In this document: positions 35,357 through 39,241 of the stretch, in pieces
Layout: every line of letters starts with the position of its first letter
Numbering within the stretch: position 1 is the first letter of the stretch
DNA from: Pseudomonadota bacterium
GTDB taxonomy: Bacteria > Bdellovibrionota > FAC87 > UBA2466
DNA: 39,241 nucleotides
Assembly (NCBI GenBank): GCA_043767805.1
Contig: JAYUGC010000029.1
Coordinates: 1 to 39,241, forward strand
Reading direction: 5' to 3'
Program-made: the position numbers and the translations under genes
The notes under the pieces: model-generated
Databases searched by the model: none
Seen by the model: the letters and a program-made list of their open reading frames with translations, nothing else
What the model was told of the DNA's origin: nothing

Positions 35357-36211
35357 ATGCGTGCACGACAGGACAAACGACCGCAGGTGTTCGAGTTTCA
35401 CGACTACCGGGCCTTTCTTAAAGACTGGCTCCTATACCTTCGTAGCCGGAACTCCAAGCATTCGATGCGAGGGTTAGCCCGGGAGATGGACCTGTCCTGC
35501 GCGTACTTGCCGTCGATTCTATCGGGAAAAAGAAAACTTTCGGAGAAGGGCCTGGCTCGCTTGGTTCCCTGTTTGAGGTTGTTACCTGCGGAAAAAACGT
35601 ACTTCGAGCTGCTGGTTCGGGCATCGGAGAACTCGCACCGCGGGGAGAGAGAGAAAGCGCTCGAGGAGATTCAGCAATTGAAGGCCTACCGCATGGCAAA
35701 TCCCCGGGAGTCTGAAACCTTTCGGTACCTAACACGGTGGCTTTGCGTGGCCATTCGTGAGTTGGCGGCGCTTCCTGACTTTCGCCCGGAACCCGCCTGG
35801 ATCCAGCGGAGGTTATTGACGCGGGTTTCTCCCGACGAGGTTCGTGTTGCGCTGCGCTTTCTGTTGGCGGGAGGATTTCTGGTAGAGTCCGAAGAAGGGG
35901 GAGTTCGTCCCGCGGAAAAAGACATTCGGTGCGAGGGTTCTGTTTTTCGGGCGGCTCTTCGGCAGTTCCACAGGGAGATGATTCAGGCGACTCTGAACTC
36001 CGTTGACCTGTCGCCGGCCCACTCCCACCTCGTTCTTGGCCATACGGTGGCCCTTACCCCCTCGCAGTTTTTAAAAGTACGTGAGATTCTCAGCGACGCG
36101 ATCAAAAAGGTCGAACAGGTCGGTGAGCGCCAAAGTGGATCCGCGGAAGTGTTTCACATTACGGTTCTGTCCGGGCCTTTGACTCAACTTAACAAGGAGA
36201 CAGTGCCATGA
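35357..36211 (+). CDS. TIGR02147-family protein (HTH plus DUF4423-like)
   Basis: VFEFHDYRAFLKDW, SMRGLAR...ILSGKRKLS, WLCVAIREL, WIQRRL, FHREMI. Confidence 0.85.
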   Translation: MRARQDKRPQVFEFHDYRAFLKDWLLYLRSRNSKHSMRGLAREMDLSCAYLPSILSGKRKLSEKGLARLVPCLRLLPAEKTYFELLVRASENSHRGEREKALEEIQQLKAYRMANPRESETFRYLTRWLCVAIRELAALPDFRPEPAWIQRRLLTRVSPDEVRVALRFLLAGGFLVESEEGGVRPAEKDIRCEGSVFRAALRQFHREMIQATLNSVDLSPAHSHLVLGHTVALTPSQFLKVREILSDAIKKVEQVGERQSGSAEVFHITVLSGPLTQLNKETVP

Positions 36212-37104
36212 AACGTCTTACCGTCAGCCTTTTGTTTTTCCTGGCGATTCTGTTTCTCTCCAGGTGCGGCACCTCCACGGGGAATTACGGAACCCAACTT
36301 ATTTTTCAGGGGACGACTCCCGGATCATTGGGGATTATCAACTCTTCCACCATGGCGGCGTCCACGGGTGTGGCGGTTGCCGTCGTGAATAGGGATGGGT
36401 CCGCCAACGGAACGTTGACCGTGACCGATGCCCGTCTCGCCCTCAAGGAGATCAAGATCAAGAGAGACACGACCGGTCTGACGGACGCGGAGAAAGCGGT
36501 GGATTCGAAAACGAAGTTGACCGGGCCCTTTTTGGTGAACTTGTTGACCAATACGGTATCGCCAAGTCTATCGAGCCTGGGGCTAGCGACCGGCAACTAC
36601 AAGTCGATCGAGTTCAAGCTGGATAAGATCGAAGGGGACGAGAAAGACGCGGCTGGCGTTCAGCTCGTAGCGGCCACCGACGGCCTATTCGGCAAGAGTA
36701 TCTACCTGGAAGGAACCTTTACGGGTACTACGGCCCTCGGATCGGCAACCGATATGCCGTTCACCATGTCCTACGACATTGATGAGGAGTTGAAGTTGGA
36801 AGGGACGAACCTCTTCGCTCTGACCCAGGGAGGCGCGGCGAGTTTGATTGTCGCATTTCGAATGCCCAAGTGGTTTCTCTTCAGTAATACGGCGGTGAAC
36901 GATCAAAATATCGATTTCCGCAACATTACGCCCGCGAGCTCCCGCATCGATCTCAACTCCCTCTCCGCCGGCAACAACCAGAAAAACTGGCAGGTCATTA
37001 AAGATGCGATTGAGAAGTCCATGGATTTCGGCACAGACACCAACGGCGACGGCAAACTCGGTAAAACCGAGGACGAAGACGACGACGATTCCTCGGACAA
37101 CTGA
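36208..37104 (+). CDS. Lipoprotein, paralog of 34374-35297
   Basis: AAGGAG RBS, signal with LSRC, FQGTTPGSLGI, DARLALKEIKIK, DTNGDGK, same terminal SDN. Confidence 0.8.
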   Translation: MKRLTVSLLFFLAILFLSRCGTSTGNYGTQLIFQGTTPGSLGIINSSTMAASTGVAVAVVNRDGSANGTLTVTDARLALKEIKIKRDTTGLTDAEKAVDSKTKLTGPFLVNLLTNTVSPSLSSLGLATGNYKSIEFKLDKIEGDEKDAAGVQLVAATDGLFGKSIYLEGTFTGTTALGSATDMPFTMSYDIDEELKLEGTNLFALTQGGAASLIVAFRMPKWFLFSNTAVNDQNIDFRNITPASSRIDLNSLSAGNNQKNWQVIKDAIEKSMDFGTDTNGDGKLGKTEDEDDDDSSDN

Positions 37105-37128
37105 TCGACCGGAACCGCGCCGGCGGGA

Positions 37129-38206
37129 TTATCTGTTTTGCGCCAAGCTCCCACCGCGGGCAGATCCGTCAGGAGCTTGCGAACCTCCGGCTTGTACTGC
37201 ATGTCGAAATACCCGACCTTGATGCTCTGATGATTTTGCCGCCCACTTCGAACGCCTCTTTGCTACCCGCGAGCCGGACGGCGCCGACGAGGAACTCGGG
37301 AAAAAGAGTTTTGAGTCGACGAGTACCACCACGGTCGGAGCCGCTGGCTTGGAACGCAGATACCCTTCCACCGCAATCTTTCTCAGCTCCCGAATTGGCT
37401 TGGCGGAGCATGGCCATATCGAGATAGCCGGAGGCAGTGCTGCCCCCATCGCCGGGCTCAGTGACGCGGTAGACGGAAAGGTGAATGGATTTCGCGACAC
37501 CCATGCCACCGGCGCCCGCGATGGTGCTGGAGACCATCGTTCCGTGGCCGTTCTCGTCCTTGGAGGGAGCCCCGAGGACTTCGACGTCCTTACGGTAGGT
37601 GCTCACGCCAAAATATTTTTTATGGGGGTGTTCTTCGCCAAGCTTGGCGCCACGGTCGGCATGAACCCCGCCGATGCTTTCAAAGGAAGCTTCCTGACTG
37701 GCGTCGAAGCCCGAATCAACGACCGCCACTTGAGCTTCGGTGCTTTCGGAAATTCCCACCGATTGCATATCGGAATGCATGCTCGGCGCCATCATCACAT
37801 CCTGGGCCCAGAATTTGGGCTTACCGTTCGGACAGCGTTCCATCAGGGAACACGGTTCCACCGCCCGCTTCGCTTCCGTCGTCTTTTTTCCGGCGGCGTG
37901 ATCGGCGAGGGGGCGAAGGACGACGCTATCGAGAGCGGCGGCCTGAATGCCGGGGAGCCGCCGAAGCGCGGCGAGCTCTTTTCTGGAGATGGGGCGATCC
38001 GTTTCGATGAGGAGCAGGGGCCCGTAGGCGGCAACGAGTCGAAAGGACGAAGGCAACTTCAAATCGGCCGGCGCCGAAGGCACAAAGAGCCGGGCACGCC
38101 TTCCCGCCGCCGCACTCCGCGAGTCTTCACTCCGCACGGTGGAATCGGCGCCTTGAACAACGAGAGCAAAACAAAGGACCAACGTACCACAATAGAACTT
38201 CAGCAA
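37129..38206 (-). pseudogene. S8 (subtilisin-like) peptidase, disrupted
   Basis: Signal peptide, catalytic Asp (VAVVDSG) and His (NGHGTMV) present; no GTS Ser motif; similarity breaks near 37400. Confidence 0.7.
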
Positions 38207-38582
38207 AGAGCCTCCAAATCAGGCGAGCGATCTATAGCAAGAGGGGCGGGAGGGCTGAGAGGAGAATGCTTTTAAGAGGAGGTATTCCATTGGAGGACTA
38301 GGCGGGCGAATGACAAAAAGCCGAATCCCGACCCATCCGCAGCGAAGGTTTGCGCGGCGCCGTGCGACCGGCCAGGACCGCGTAGGGCCTCGAGGTTGGA
38401 GGTTGGTAAATATTGGAATTCACTTATCCAATTCCCCACCCTCTTGACTTTTTTTTCGAGATTCCGAAAATAGAATCAAACAACGCCATCGGCGTTTAGC
38501 AATAACAGGTCACTAAAAACAAAACGGAACGGTCAGAACCTTTTCTTGGTGTTCTGACTTCCCCTACGAAGAGGAGGTCACT

Positions 38583-38978
38583 ATGTCAGGACGAGCTTAT
38601 CGAAGCACGCCTCGTTACCCTCGAGTACTCACCACCGAATGGGGGTACTTTGCAGCGGTTTCCATCGGCGTGTCTCTTACAATTTTGCCGCACGCCATCG
38701 GCAGCCCGGGTTTCATCGAGCGGCCTACTCCGCCAAGGCACGGAGAAGCAAAGGCCTGCTTCCGCTTGCAGGAACGACCCGAAGCAATCCGTTGCACGCC
38801 AGCGGCTGAAGAAACGCCTTTTGATATTTCGCCCGCACGCGCGATCTCACGGCCTCCGGCGGATTCGCGCAGGCCCGGCGATTCCATGGACCTTTTTTTC
38901 AGAAGTTTGCACGAGACTTTTACACCAAAAGAATCGAGCTCTTTAAAAGCCGGTTCGCAAGAAAGGAGACCTCTATGA
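38583..38978 (+). CDS. Hypothetical protein
   Basis: Strong GAGGAGG RBS; stop overlaps the next ATG; no family recognised. Confidence 0.4.
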   Translation: MSGRAYRSTPRYPRVLTTEWGYFAAVSIGVSLTILPHAIGSPGFIERPTPPRHGEAKACFRLQERPEAIRCTPAAEETPFDISPARAISRPPADSRRPGDSMDLFFRSLHETFTPKESSSLKAGSQERRPL

Positions 38979-39208
38979 AAACGCTGAAACTCAACCATTC
39001 CTTGTTCCTCGATACGAAAGGACATAAATGGAAAAAAACCTCCGGAAAGCATGTGCCGGCCAGAAGGCGCTGTAATCTCTGCCGCCAGCCTTACAAGGCG
39101 GAGTTCGCCTTTCAGCGTTTTTGCCGCAAATGCCGAACGCAAAATGATTCCTTTCTCTTTCACGAGTGGCTTCCCACGTTGCCAGAAGGGTTAGTGGCGA
39201 CAGCTTAA
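38975..39208 (+). CDS. Small C4 zinc-finger-like protein
   Basis: AAGGAG RBS; CNLC...FCRKC. Confidence 0.65.
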   Translation: MKTLKLNHSLFLDTKGHKWKKTSGKHVPARRRCNLCRQPYKAEFAFQRFCRKCRTQNDSFLFHEWLPTLPEGLVATA

Positions 39209-39241
39209 TGGGGGTACGGCTTCAGAGAAGCCAGGCTTTTT

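Overview
The window has two parts. Positions 1-24.5 kb are GC-rich housekeeping chromosome: amidohydrolase, RRM protein, AlkD-like, fabH, dienelactone hydrolase, trpS, DsbA, M64 peptidase, an MBOAT/AlgJ-like acetylation pair, a hybrid kinase plus CheY-like receiver, ABC-F, rlmN, HAD, and an ECF sigma/anti-sigma cluster. This part ends at a tRNA-Gly(GCC) at 24560-24635. Gene content (TIGR02147-like protein, many secreted hypotheticals) suggests a Bdellovibrionota-like bacterium; this is inference. Downstream of the tRNA is a visibly more AT-rich accessory region. Its most notable feature is four extra copies of the tRNA 3' end (GTCNCCCGCTCCA, ending at 30060, 31456, 32817 and 33077). Three of them share a further conserved ~55-60 bp that, on the minus strand, encodes one orphan peptide (GAGD...EP...RE..AQWG). 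These scars divide the region into modules of 5425, 1396, 1361 and 260 bp, and no integrase is visible in the window. Cargo includes an AbiEi/AbiEii pair, two RelE/HigB-XRE pairs (all three TA operons look leaderless), a nested remnant (CxxCH gene < IS3-family element < group II intron, all cut by one deletion), and a DUF6973-like/partner pair. Beyond the last scar lie two paralogous lipoproteins flanking a TIGR02147-like gene and a broken S8 protease. All family calls come from motif recognition, not database searches.
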